IMG/VR virus record: IMGVR_UViG_3300037475_000199
Location: 1 to 64,000 of that record
Strand: one strand, 5' to 3'
Length of the DNA: 64,000 nt
From: a virus
Below are positions 44,088 to 52,856 of this stretch, one piece after another. How positions within the stretch are numbered: position 1 is the stretch's first letter; each line of letters begins with the position of its first letter. The position numbers and the translations under genes were made by a program. The notes beneath the pieces are model-generated. The model saw only the letters and a list, made by a program, of their open reading frames with translations. It searched no databases and was not told the origin of the DNA.

Positions 44088-44278
44088 ATAAAAAATATTT
44101 TGTAGTTTATTATGTTTGGGACACTTTTCGAGGGTGGAATGGTCCAATGAATATTCTTATAGATAAACATCCCTTAAAGTGGCTTAAAGAAGATAAGATT
44201 GCGTTATCAAAAGAACATAGTTGGGATGACATTTCTATTTCTTGGTGGCAATTATTAGAGGAAGATTATGACAAATAA
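44084..44278 (+). CDS. small hypothetical protein
   Basis: ATGA overlap. Confidence 0.3.
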   Translation: MNKKYFVVYYVWDTFRGWNGPMNILIDKHPLKWLKEDKIALSKEHSWDDISISWWQLLEEDYDK

Positions 44279-45029
44279 AGATAGTTTAGGCGACAGAATA
44301 AAGGCTTATGAGGATTGTTATAGAGTACAATTACCTCAAAGAATGCCAGTTATTCTTAGGGTTGATGGCAAATCATTTCATAATTATACCAAAGGTTGTA
44401 AAAGACCTGTTGACGAGAACCTTGTCAATTGTATGAATGAGACAGCAAAATATCTTTGTGAAAATATTCAGGGAGCAAAATTAGGATATGTACAATCAGA
44501 TGAAATATCTATATTATTAACTAACTATGAAACAATAAATACGCAATCATGGTTCGATAATAATTTGGTTAAAATGGTTAGCATATCTTCGGCTTTAGCT
44601 TCAGCTAAATTTACCTCTATTTCTGACACTATTTTTGGTAAGCCTAAAATGGCAGTTTTTGACAGTCGAGCTTTTGTAGTTCCAGTTAATGATGTTTGTA
44701 ATTATTTTTTATGGAGACAACAAGATTGTACCAGAAATTCAGTTCAAATGTTAGCTAGAAGTCTTTATTCTCATAAAGAATGTAATAATAAGAACAATTC
44801 TCAATTGCAAGAGATGTGCTTTCAAAAAGGTATTAATTGGAATGATTGCCCTACATCTCAAAAACGTGGTAGATGTATAATTAAACAATACAAGGTTAAA
44901 ACTGGAACTAATATTAAAACTGGCGAACAATTTTCTGCAGAACGTTCCAGTTGGGAAGTTGATAACGAAATTCCAATTTTCTCATTAGATAGAAATTATA
45001 TTAATAAACTAATAATTCTTAAAGACTAA
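44268..45029 (+). CDS. tRNA(His) guanylyltransferase Thg1-like protein (TLP)
   Basis: VILRVDGKSFHNYT compares with the Thg1 rIDGkkFH motif. KRPVDEN compares with the PxDE motif. YVQSDEISILL compares with GESDEYSFI. Confidence 0.6.
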   Translation: MTNKDSLGDRIKAYEDCYRVQLPQRMPVILRVDGKSFHNYTKGCKRPVDENLVNCMNETAKYLCENIQGAKLGYVQSDEISILLTNYETINTQSWFDNNLVKMVSISSALASAKFTSISDTIFGKPKMAVFDSRAFVVPVNDVCNYFLWRQQDCTRNSVQMLARSLYSHKECNNKNNSQLQEMCFQKGINWNDCPTSQKRGRCIIKQYKVKTGTNIKTGEQFSAERSSWEVDNEIPIFSLDRNYINKLIILKD

Positions 45030-45328
45030 GAATTCATATTATTAATATCTGATTTGGTTTTTATTTTATGGCATGATTTACATAATACCATTAAGCCAGA
45101 TGTATCGCAAAATAAACGCTCAATATATAAATCAAAAGTAGTAAATTTGCCTACTGGTATGATATGATCAACATTTATGTCTTTACGTCTAGTTGATTTC
45201 TTACATATAGCACAAGTATATAAACCATAAGATATTTTGGCTAAATTTAAAGCGCCTTGGCGTTGTTTGCTTCTGCCCCAAGTTCTACGTAGGGCGGCTT
45301 TAATATAGGCAATTGTAGATTTTCTCAT
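45026..45328 (-). CDS. free-standing HNH homing endonuclease (minus strand)
   Basis: CAICKKST...VDHIIPVGKF...LMVLCKSCHKIKT is an HNH motif. The orientation is opposite to the array. Confidence 0.55.
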   Translation of the reverse strand: MRKSTIAYIKAALRRTWGRSKQRQGALNLAKISYGLYTCAICKKSTRRKDINVDHIIPVGKFTTFDLYIERLFCDTSGLMVLCKSCHKIKTKSDINNMNS

Positions 45329-45362
45329 ACATATATTATAACTAATAAATAAAGGATTTTAA

Positions 45363-45650
45363 ATGGGCGTTGATTATTATACTTGTCAAAATTGCAGTGA
45401 TACATTTCCAGATTGTGGATACTATTTTACATGTAACGGTTGCGAAAGCATGTTTTGCTCAAACGAATGTGGTAAGAAACAAAGTGTAGATGGAAAAAAT
45501 CGCTGGAATGAAGATTTAACCTCATGTATTTTTTGTAGACATGAAGCAGTAACGGATAGAAGTGTTTTATTATTCTTGTGTAGGAAATATGGTATAACTG
45601 AAGAAGACGCAAATAAAGAGTGTTTAGAGGCTTGTAAAAATGGAAAATAA
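45363..45650 (+). CDS. Cys-rich hypothetical protein
   Basis: CQNCS...CNGC...CSNEC...CIFC motifs. Confidence 0.4.
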   Translation: MGVDYYTCQNCSDTFPDCGYYFTCNGCESMFCSNECGKKQSVDGKNRWNEDLTSCIFCRHEAVTDRSVLLFLCRKYGITEEDANKECLEACKNGK

Positions 45651-46266
45651 AGAATCTTTTAGAAATAGAATACAACCATATTTCTCCCCTGCAGTTCAAT
45701 TGGATATTAAACTTGCTTATGTATTAGCTAAATTTGGTCATCGAGCTCAAACTAGAAAAGAGCTTGATGATAATGGTAAGCCAATTAGATACTTTGAGCA
45801 TGTTAGAAGAGTTGCCATTATTCTTATGGATGATATGAAGATTATGGATGAAACAATGATCATTGCAGCTTTGCTTCATGACAGTCTAGAGGATACTTTG
45901 GATTTGACTCCCGAACTGTTAGAACACTCTTTTGGCATAGAAGCTGTCAATATAATTAAACATCTATCTAAGTGCCCTAAAGAGGGGTATCATCAAAGGT
46001 TGGCTAATTGTAGTAATTGGAAGGTTCTAGCTATTAAAGCTTGTGATAGATTAGATAATTTAAGGTCTTTAATGGTTCCAGGAACGCTTCTTAGCTTTCA
46101 AAAGAAACAAATTCAAGAAACAAAGGAAATTTATTATCCTTTATTTGACCAATTGCTTAATAGGTGCCCCTCTGAATTTAAAAACAATGTTCAATGGGTT
46201 CGCGATGAAATAAGAAGATTGGTCGAAAGATATAGTGTAATGATAGAGATGCAAGAGCAACCTTAA
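45640..46266 (+). CDS. RelA/SpoT-type HD-domain (p)ppGpp hydrolase (small alarmone hydrolase-like)
   Basis: AKFGHRAQTRK...YFEHVRRVAIIL...IIAALLHDSLEDT aligns with the SpoT HD hydrolase motifs (H..Q.R.sGePY..H...VA.iL...AALLHDvvEDT). Confidence 0.6.
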   Translation: MENKESFRNRIQPYFSPAVQLDIKLAYVLAKFGHRAQTRKELDDNGKPIRYFEHVRRVAIILMDDMKIMDETMIIAALLHDSLEDTLDLTPELLEHSFGIEAVNIIKHLSKCPKEGYHQRLANCSNWKVLAIKACDRLDNLRSLMVPGTLLSFQKKQIQETKEIYYPLFDQLLNRCPSEFKNNVQWVRDEIRRLVERYSVMIEMQEQP

Positions 46267-46282
46267 AATATATGGAGTAATC

Positions 46283-46846
46283 ATGACTTGTATTGTTGGC
46301 ATTGCTGAAAAGGGTAATGTGTATATTGGTGGAGATAGTGCTGGTGTAGGCGGATTATCTATCACCATAAGGGCAGATGAAAAAGTATTTCATAATGGTC
46401 CATTTATAATGGGGTTTACTACAAGCTTTAGAATGGGTCAATTATTAAGATATAAATTTAGCCCTCCAAAACAAACAATAAAGCAAGACGATATGGAATA
46501 TATGGTTAATGACTTTATTGACAGCGTTAGAAAGTGTTTTGCTGAAGGTGGTTGGGGTAAAGCTAGTGGTCATGATAACAATGAGGGTGGTAACTTTTTA
46601 GTAGGTTACAATGGTACCTTATATGAGATTTTTGGTGACTTTCAAGTGGCTATGCCATCTCTACAATACTCTTCTTGTGGTTGTGGCGAGGACTTAGCAT
46701 TAGGATCTTTGTATTCAACTGCAGGATTAAAGCCAGAAATAAGATTAAAGAAGGCACTTGATGCAGCTAGTCATTTTAGTGCTGGTGTTGCACCACCATA
46801 TGCCTTCGTAAAACAGCTAAGTAAGACCGCTAAATCTAAAAAATAA
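46283..46846 (+). CDS. HslV/proteasome-beta-like Ntn hydrolase
   Basis: MTCIVGIAEKGNVYIGGDSAG parallels the HslV N-terminus TTIVSVRRNGHVVIAGDGQ with Thr2. GFTTSFRMG and CGCGEDLALGSLY parallel GFAGGTADAF and IGSGGPYA. Confidence 0.45.
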   Translation: MTCIVGIAEKGNVYIGGDSAGVGGLSITIRADEKVFHNGPFIMGFTTSFRMGQLLRYKFSPPKQTIKQDDMEYMVNDFIDSVRKCFAEGGWGKASGHDNNEGGNFLVGYNGTLYEIFGDFQVAMPSLQYSSCGCGEDLALGSLYSTAGLKPEIRLKKALDAASHFSAGVAPPYAFVKQLSKTAKSKK

Positions 46847-46854
46847 TCTATCTC

Positions 46855-46883
46855 TTGACAGGTGGGCTTGACACCCTTATATT
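46855..46883 (+). promoter_or_regulatory. sigma70-like promoter (TTGACA-17-TATATT)
   Basis: TTGACA at 46855-46860 and TATATT at 46878-46883. A second TTGACA lies at 46868. Upstream of ligA. Confidence 0.45.
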
Positions 46884-46954
46884 GTCCGAGCCCACAGCGG
46901 GTTTATTTTATAAATTCAACATTTAACTGCATTGCACTTACCCAAGTAATTCAC

Positions 46955-48823
46955 ATGAACAGAATACAAGAATTATCAGACAAGATTATTAAGGCTCGTA
47001 ATGACTACTACAATCAACAGCCATCTGTTTCAGATAAGGTTTTTGATGCTTGGGTAGCTGAGCTATCATCTTTAGATCCAAATAATATAGCTGTAACGGC
47101 AATTGGTGCCCCAGTATTGCCCTCTGAATGGAAGAAGGCTAAGCATCAAATACCTATGGGCTCTTTAGATAAAGTTAATTTGCCAGCCGAACTAACTGCT
47201 TGGGTAGATACGCTACCCACAAATGGAAAACTTTTAATTACAGAGAAGCTAGATGGTCTTTCGATTGAAGTAATTTATGAAAATGGTAAGTTAACACAAG
47301 GCATTACTCGTGGTGATGGTGAAATTGGCGAAGATATTACTATTAATGTTGTTAAAATGAGTGGCGTCCCATCTCAATTAAAAGATAACTTTACTGGCTC
47401 TCTTAGAGGAGAGATTATTATGAAGAAAAGTGTTCATCAAAAGCACTTTTCAGATAAAGCAAATCCTCGAAATGCTGCTTCTGGAGTATCTAAACGTTTA
47501 GATGGTGTAGGTGTAGAGCACTTAAATATCTTCTTTTATCAAGCTTTGGGTGATATTGAGTTTCAGGCAGAGCAAGAACAATTTGCTTGGTTAGTTCATC
47601 AAGGTCTAACAACTCCTCTTTGGTGTTTAGCAAAGACCGCTGATGAGGTTAATAAGTTTTGGCGAGACTATCAAGACACTAAACGAGATAAATTAGACTA
47701 TGATATTGATGGTTTAGTTATTCGTCTTGATAATTTAGATGATCAAGCAGCTCTTGGAGACAAAGATCTTAGACCAAAGGGAGCTAAAGCCTTTAAATTT
47801 GATAATGAGACCAGAGAGTCAGTCATTAGAGATATTACTTGGCAAGTAGGCAACAGTGGTCGTATTACTCCTGTAGCCACAGTAGATCCAGTAGTACTGG
47901 TTGGGGCAACTGTAACTCGTGCCAGCATCTATAACCTAACTTATATTGAAGACCTAGGTCTAGATGTAGGTGCTACAGTTTTAGTAGCAAGAGCTAATGA
48001 TGTCATTCCCAGGATTGAAGAGTTGGTTAAAGGCACAGGAACTGTAGCTAAGCCACCAGCACATTGTCCAGAATGCAATGCTGTTACTATAATGAATGGA
48101 GAGAATCTACAATGTACTAATGTAGATACTTGTCCTGCACAAGTAATTGGTCGTATTAAGAACTGGGTAGCTGAGCTTAACTTATTAGAATGGGGCGACA
48201 CTCTTATTGAGAAGTTAGTTAAGTCTGGCAAGGTCTCTAATGTTGCTGACCTTTATACTTTAACTGTAGATGATTTAGCTAATTTAGATAGAATGGGTGA
48301 CAAGTCAGCAAAGAAATGTTATGATATTCTTTGGTCAGATGTAAATATTCCTTTGGACACTTTTTTAGGAGCTTTAAGTATGACAATGATTGGTGCTAGT
48401 ACCATTAAGTTAATTATGAATGCCGGCTGTGATACATTAGAAAAGTTTGGTCAGTTAAAGGCAGAACACTTTGAACAAGTCGCAGGCGTTGGTCCAACTA
48501 AAGCTAAGTTTTTGGCAGACGGATTAATGGCTAATCAAAAACTTATTTTGTCTATTTTGGATAACGGAGTTAAGATTAAAGATAAAGTTGATGGACCTTT
48601 GAGCAATAAAAGCGTTTGTTTTACTGGAACAATGACAAATAAGCGCCCAGTATTAGAGAAAATGGTTCAGGATGCAGGTGGCGATGTTAAAAGTTCTGTT
48701 GGCAAGGGTTTAACCTATTTGGTTATTGCAGATACTAATAGTACAAGCTCTAAAGCTGTTAGTGCTCGTAAGTATGGAACCACTTTAATTTCAGAAGATG
48801 AATTTTTAGATTTGGTGAAATAA
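46955..48823 (+). CDS. ligA: NAD+-dependent DNA ligase (LigA)
   Basis: Adenylation motif TEKLDGLSIEV (KxDG). Followed by OB, Zn-finger (CPECN...C), HhH and C-terminal BRCT-like regions. Start set at MNRIQEL. Confidence 0.7.
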   Translation: MNRIQELSDKIIKARNDYYNQQPSVSDKVFDAWVAELSSLDPNNIAVTAIGAPVLPSEWKKAKHQIPMGSLDKVNLPAELTAWVDTLPTNGKLLITEKLDGLSIEVIYENGKLTQGITRGDGEIGEDITINVVKMSGVPSQLKDNFTGSLRGEIIMKKSVHQKHFSDKANPRNAASGVSKRLDGVGVEHLNIFFYQALGDIEFQAEQEQFAWLVHQGLTTPLWCLAKTADEVNKFWRDYQDTKRDKLDYDIDGLVIRLDNLDDQAALGDKDLRPKGAKAFKFDNETRESVIRDITWQVGNSGRITPVATVDPVVLVGATVTRASIYNLTYIEDLGLDVGATVLVARANDVIPRIEELVKGTGTVAKPPAHCPECNAVTIMNGENLQCTNVDTCPAQVIGRIKNWVAELNLLEWGDTLIEKLVKSGKVSNVADLYTLTVDDLANLDRMGDKSAKKCYDILWSDVNIPLDTFLGALSMTMIGASTIKLIMNAGCDTLEKFGQLKAEHFEQVAGVGPTKAKFLADGLMANQKLILSILDNGVKIKDKVDGPLSNKSVCFTGTMTNKRPVLEKMVQDAGGDVKSSVGKGLTYLVIADTNSTSSKAVSARKYGTTLISEDEFLDLVK

Positions 48824-49164
48824 TGGATTTTATTGATAGTGATCGAAGTCTTCAAGTAGGTGATTATGTATTTCATAACTATTCAAAGAATAGTTTTTTA
48901 TGGAAAATAACTAAAATTACAAGAAGGTTTTTAACTCAAGATGATCTTAGATATGGGGTTTATAAAAATGCCAACATTGGTAATGAATATAATCCTTATG
49001 TTGAAATTGAATCTATAGCTGATTTGGGATTTAATTTAGTAAACAAAAAATATCGTAAACAAATAAGATATTTTGATGCGGTTTATTTAATTAAGGTTGA
49101 TCCAAAAGTCATTCAAAATCATATTAATACTTTAAATAAAGTATTAAAAGATTTTTGGACATAA
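48823..49164 (+). CDS. hypothetical protein
   Basis: ORF only. Confidence 0.4.
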   Translation: MDFIDSDRSLQVGDYVFHNYSKNSFLWKITKITRRFLTQDDLRYGVYKNANIGNEYNPYVEIESIADLGFNLVNKKYRKQIRYFDAVYLIKVDPKVIQNHINTLNKVLKDFWT

Positions 49165-49168
49165 TAAA

Positions 49169-49720
49169 ATGATCAGTGGTCTTAAATATATTCCCAATTT
49201 TATATCTTTAGATAATGAATTATCTTTAATTCATACTATTGACAATCAAATTTGGTCTAAAGATCTTAAAAGAAGAACTCAGCATTATGGTTATAAGTAT
49301 GATTATACTAACAAATCAATTGATGAATCTTTATATTTAGGAAGAATACCTCAGTGGTTAGAAAAATATTGTTTTAAACTTTATGATAATAAGTTTTTTG
49401 AGAAGTTGCCGGACCAAGTAATTATAAATGAATATTTGCCTGGGCAAGGAATTAATAAACATGTTGATTGCGTTCCATGTTTTGATCATACCGTTGCCTC
49501 TTTAAGCTTAAATTCAAGTTGTGTTATGTGTTTTGAAAATATTTATACGCATAAAGTTGGTGAACTGGCATTAGCACCATTAAGTTTATTGGTTTTGTCG
49601 GGCGAATCTAGATTTGAATGGATGCATTCTATTCCAGCTAGAACAAGAGATGTAATTTCTGATCAGGTTTTACCTCGTGGAAGAAGAATCTCTTTGACAT
49701 TTAGAACTGTTTTGTTATAA
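49169..49720 (+). CDS. AlkB-family 2OG-Fe(II) dioxygenase
   Basis: INEYLPGQGINKHVDCVP gives the H-x-D motif. A later H (WMHSIP) and RRISLTFR give the R-x-S motif. Confidence 0.55.
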   Translation: MISGLKYIPNFISLDNELSLIHTIDNQIWSKDLKRRTQHYGYKYDYTNKSIDESLYLGRIPQWLEKYCFKLYDNKFFEKLPDQVIINEYLPGQGINKHVDCVPCFDHTVASLSLNSSCVMCFENIYTHKVGELALAPLSLLVLSGESRFEWMHSIPARTRDVISDQVLPRGRRISLTFRTVLL

Positions 49721-50628
49721 ATTTTCCAGTCTTGTTCCCAAATAGATATAATTTTATATCCCGCCTCTATTAAAATATTTTCTCTATTTATAGTTTGTGA
49801 GTATAATTCACCAAATGTTTTATTGACAAATTTGTTAAAATCATTTGAATCAAATTTTTTAGGATTACCATGCCAATAGTCTCCATAAAATTCATAAACT
49901 ATGTTTGTAATTGGATCGAGAGCATCTACAAAATATTTTTTATTATTTATATATGATTGCCTATATTCTTGTGGTATTTGCAATTGGTTTAACCAATCAA
50001 TTTCTTGTTTTGAAATTCTGTTAATACATTTTGGACAACCTTGTCCAGATAAATGGTTATTAGGAGTTTGATTAAATTCACCATGTAATAAACAAATTAT
50101 TGTGATTTTAGTTGCATGATTTTTATATATCACTTTTGAATAATCAAATTTATCGCCATGAATGTCATTTGCTTTTACATTAAATTCTTCTAATGTTAAT
50201 CGTATGCTTTCTGAATTTTTTAGTTTGCCACATTTAGGACAACCTTTTCCACATTTATGAAGATGAGGCGTTTGCAAAAATAAACCATGTATTGGACAAA
50301 TTATTTTAATATGTTTATTTACTGAAATGTATTCAACTTCATGATAATCATAAAAATTATTATGAATTAATATAAATTCCTCAATCACATCTTTTGTTGT
50401 AAGGGTTCTGTTTTTGCCTGATGTAATTTTACTACATAATGGGCAGCCCTGACCATTTAAATGATGATTAGGTGTTTTGTAAAATTTACCATGAATTTTA
50501 CAGATTATGATTACTTTGACGCTGGAACAAATATAAATAGTTTCTGAATAATCATAAATATTATTATATATGGCATTAGCTTTTTTTAAAAAATTTTCTT
50601 GTGTAAATGCTTTGTCCATTTTAACCAT
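49663..50628 (-). CDS. homing-endonuclease-like protein: triple Zn-ribbon repeat plus Vsr/DUF559-type PD-(D/E)xK nuclease domain (minus strand)
   Basis: The motif H-G-x-F-x-Q-TP-x-x-HL-x-GQGCP-x-C occurs three times. C-terminal YEFYGDYWHGNPKKF...ISIWEQDW compares with the Vsr-like YEFDGdyWH motif. Confidence 0.5.
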   Translation of the reverse strand: MVKMDKAFTQENFLKKANAIYNNIYDYSETIYICSSVKVIIICKIHGKFYKTPNHHLNGQGCPLCSKITSGKNRTLTTKDVIEEFILIHNNFYDYHEVEYISVNKHIKIICPIHGLFLQTPHLHKCGKGCPKCGKLKNSESIRLTLEEFNVKANDIHGDKFDYSKVIYKNHATKITIICLLHGEFNQTPNNHLSGQGCPKCINRISKQEIDWLNQLQIPQEYRQSYINNKKYFVDALDPITNIVYEFYGDYWHGNPKKFDSNDFNKFVNKTFGELYSQTINRENILIEAGYKIISIWEQDWKIYNKTVLNVKEILLPRGKT

Positions 50629-50642
50629 ATATCAGGCATATA

Positions 50643-51506
50643 ATGAATTTAAAAATTTTTAAATCCGAAATTGATAGCAGTATAAATATAGTAGAAAAAC
50701 AATTAGTTGGATTTCTTGAATCTCGTTTTGTAAGAAAATGTAATGATTATTTTATTGCATATTTATCTTCTCAAACGGGATGCAATCGTGGCTGTACGTT
50801 TTGTCATCTAACTGCAACAGGGCAAACTTCTTTTACAGATTCTAGCCATAATGATTTTATGGCTCAAGCCATTCAAATTTTTAAACACTATAGAAAACAA
50901 ACGGTCAATGCAAAGTATATGCATTATAATTTTATGGCTCGTGGCGAACCATTAGCAAATAAAATTTTGCTTGAATCGGGCGACGAGTTGTTAGTTAAAC
51001 TTGGGCAGGTTGCTAAGGAAGAGGGATTGCCAGCAAAGTTTAATATCTCAACTATTATGCCAATAAGCTTAAAGAAATCATTAGTTACAACATTTAACTA
51101 TGTTAATCCAACAATTTACTATTCTTTATATTCTACCGACAAAGAATGGCGAAAGAAATGGATGCCTGCAGCAATGGATACTACTGATGCACTGAATCTT
51201 TTGAAAGATTATCAAGATTTTTCTAAAAAAATTATTAAAATACATTATCCTTTTATCGCTGGTGAAAATGATTCAGTTGAAGAGATTAATAATGTTTGTG
51301 ATGCTATAGAAAAAGTCAAACTTAATTGTGAATTTAATTTAGTTCGTTATAATCCAGCTTCTCCAGATCAAGGAATAGAGTCTTCGCAAGAGGTTATTGC
51401 TCGTAATATAGAAATTATTTCCAATAGATTTCAATTTAATGGAAAGGTACAAATTATTCCGAGAGTAGGATTCGATGTAAAGGCATCGTGCGGAATGTTT
51501 GTTTAA
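50643..51506 (+). CDS. RlmN/Cfr-like radical-SAM RNA methyltransferase (short form)
   Basis: SSQTGCNRGCTFCHLTATGQ parallels the RlmN motif SSQVGCALECKFCSTAQQG. MARGEPLAN parallels MGMGEPLLN. A C-terminal Cys sits in KASCGMF. Confidence 0.5.
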   Translation: MNLKIFKSEIDSSINIVEKQLVGFLESRFVRKCNDYFIAYLSSQTGCNRGCTFCHLTATGQTSFTDSSHNDFMAQAIQIFKHYRKQTVNAKYMHYNFMARGEPLANKILLESGDELLVKLGQVAKEEGLPAKFNISTIMPISLKKSLVTTFNYVNPTIYYSLYSTDKEWRKKWMPAAMDTTDALNLLKDYQDFSKKIIKIHYPFIAGENDSVEEINNVCDAIEKVKLNCEFNLVRYNPASPDQGIESSQEVIARNIEIISNRFQFNGKVQIIPRVGFDVKASCGMFV

Positions 51507-51546
51507 ATTAAAACGATTTAAATATCGCTTCTAATTAAAATTTTAG

Positions 51547-52152
51547 TTGACGAGTTATAGTTTATGTATGAAGTTTACTATTTCTCCCGATATTTATACA
51601 AAATGTACTGATTTTGCAAAAGATTCGGTGTCTTCTAGCTCAAACAAATATGCTGGAAGGAATCAGTTTAACGTAGAAAAAATAATAAAAGATATTTTAT
51701 GTGGTAAAATAGGAGAAGAAATAGCTTATTCTTTTTTAATAGAAAAGTTTCCTAGTTTAACAAAACCAGATTATCAAATTTATGATAGTTTTAACAAATC
51801 ATGGGATAGTGATCTAAAAGTTATAGATAGCAATATAAAAATTGCGGTTAAATCACAAAATATAGATAGTTCTATTCATTTTGGGGACAGTTGGGTGTTT
51901 CAATATAATAACAACAAAAATTATGATTGTGATAAAGAAATATTTAAATCAACTAATAATGATAGTTATGTAACTTTTGTTTCTTTAAATATACCAAAAA
52001 AACAAGCTTTAATTAGAGCTATTGTTAAAGTAAATTGGTTACATGAAAAAAATCTTTTTAAAGAAATGAAAAAAGAAAATTTACGGGGCAACAAAGTTGC
52101 GGTATATCTTGAGGATTTAGAGTCTTATAAAGATGATTTATTTCAATTATGA
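51547..52152 (+). CDS. hypothetical protein
   Basis: ORF only. Confidence 0.4.
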   Translation: MTSYSLCMKFTISPDIYTKCTDFAKDSVSSSSNKYAGRNQFNVEKIIKDILCGKIGEEIAYSFLIEKFPSLTKPDYQIYDSFNKSWDSDLKVIDSNIKIAVKSQNIDSSIHFGDSWVFQYNNNKNYDCDKEIFKSTNNDSYVTFVSLNIPKKQALIRAIVKVNWLHEKNLFKEMKKENLRGNKVAVYLEDLESYKDDLFQL

Positions 52153-52855
52153 TTGTATGTATAAAGTGTAAAAAAGAAAAGCTGTCTGAAGAATTTAGTC
52201 GTTCTTCAAAAAGAAAAAATGGAAGACAAGCAATTTGTAAGTTATGTACTAAAGAATATAATATTTTTAATAAAGAAAAAATAGCTTTACAAAAAAGCAT
52301 TTTCTATATAGAAAATAAAGAAGAAATAAAATTTGGGAGTTCAATAATAAAAATTCTATAAAATTAAGAAAGCAAGAGTATTATAAAGAAAATAAAGATG
52401 ATTTTATTCTTTATTACGTAGAAAACAAAAATATAATACGACAAAAAGCTAACGAGAATGAAAAGAAAAGAAGAAAAACGGATCCTTCTTTTAAATTAAG
52501 AAAAGACTGCTCGAGAATGATATCTATGATGCTCAACTTAACAAATGGATCTAAAAACAAACAATCTATATTAGATTTTCTTTCGTATTCAATTGATGAG
52601 TTGAAAAAACATTTAGAGAATCAATTTGAAACTTGGATGACGTGGAATAATCGTAGTTTATATAATAAAAATACTTGGGACGATAATGATCAATCAACTT
52701 GGACATGGCAACTAGATCATATTGTCCCACAATCAATTTTACCTTATACAAGTATGGAAGATGATAATTTCAAGAAATGTTGGGCGTTAAATAATCTAAG
52801 ACCACTATCTGCTAAACAAAATTTTTTAGAAGGTGTTCAAAGAACAAGGCATTAA
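52149..52855 (+). pseudogene. frameshifted HNH endonuclease (Zn-ribbon N-terminus in frame 0, HNH C-terminus in frame +2)
   Basis: ORF 52149..52361 has CIKCKK...CKLC. From 52319 a stop-free frame runs into ORF 52517..52855, which carries WQLDHIVPQS...NNLRPLSAKQN (HNH). The two frames overlap in A-rich runs around 52290-52340. Confidence 0.4.
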
Positions 52856-52856
52856 T

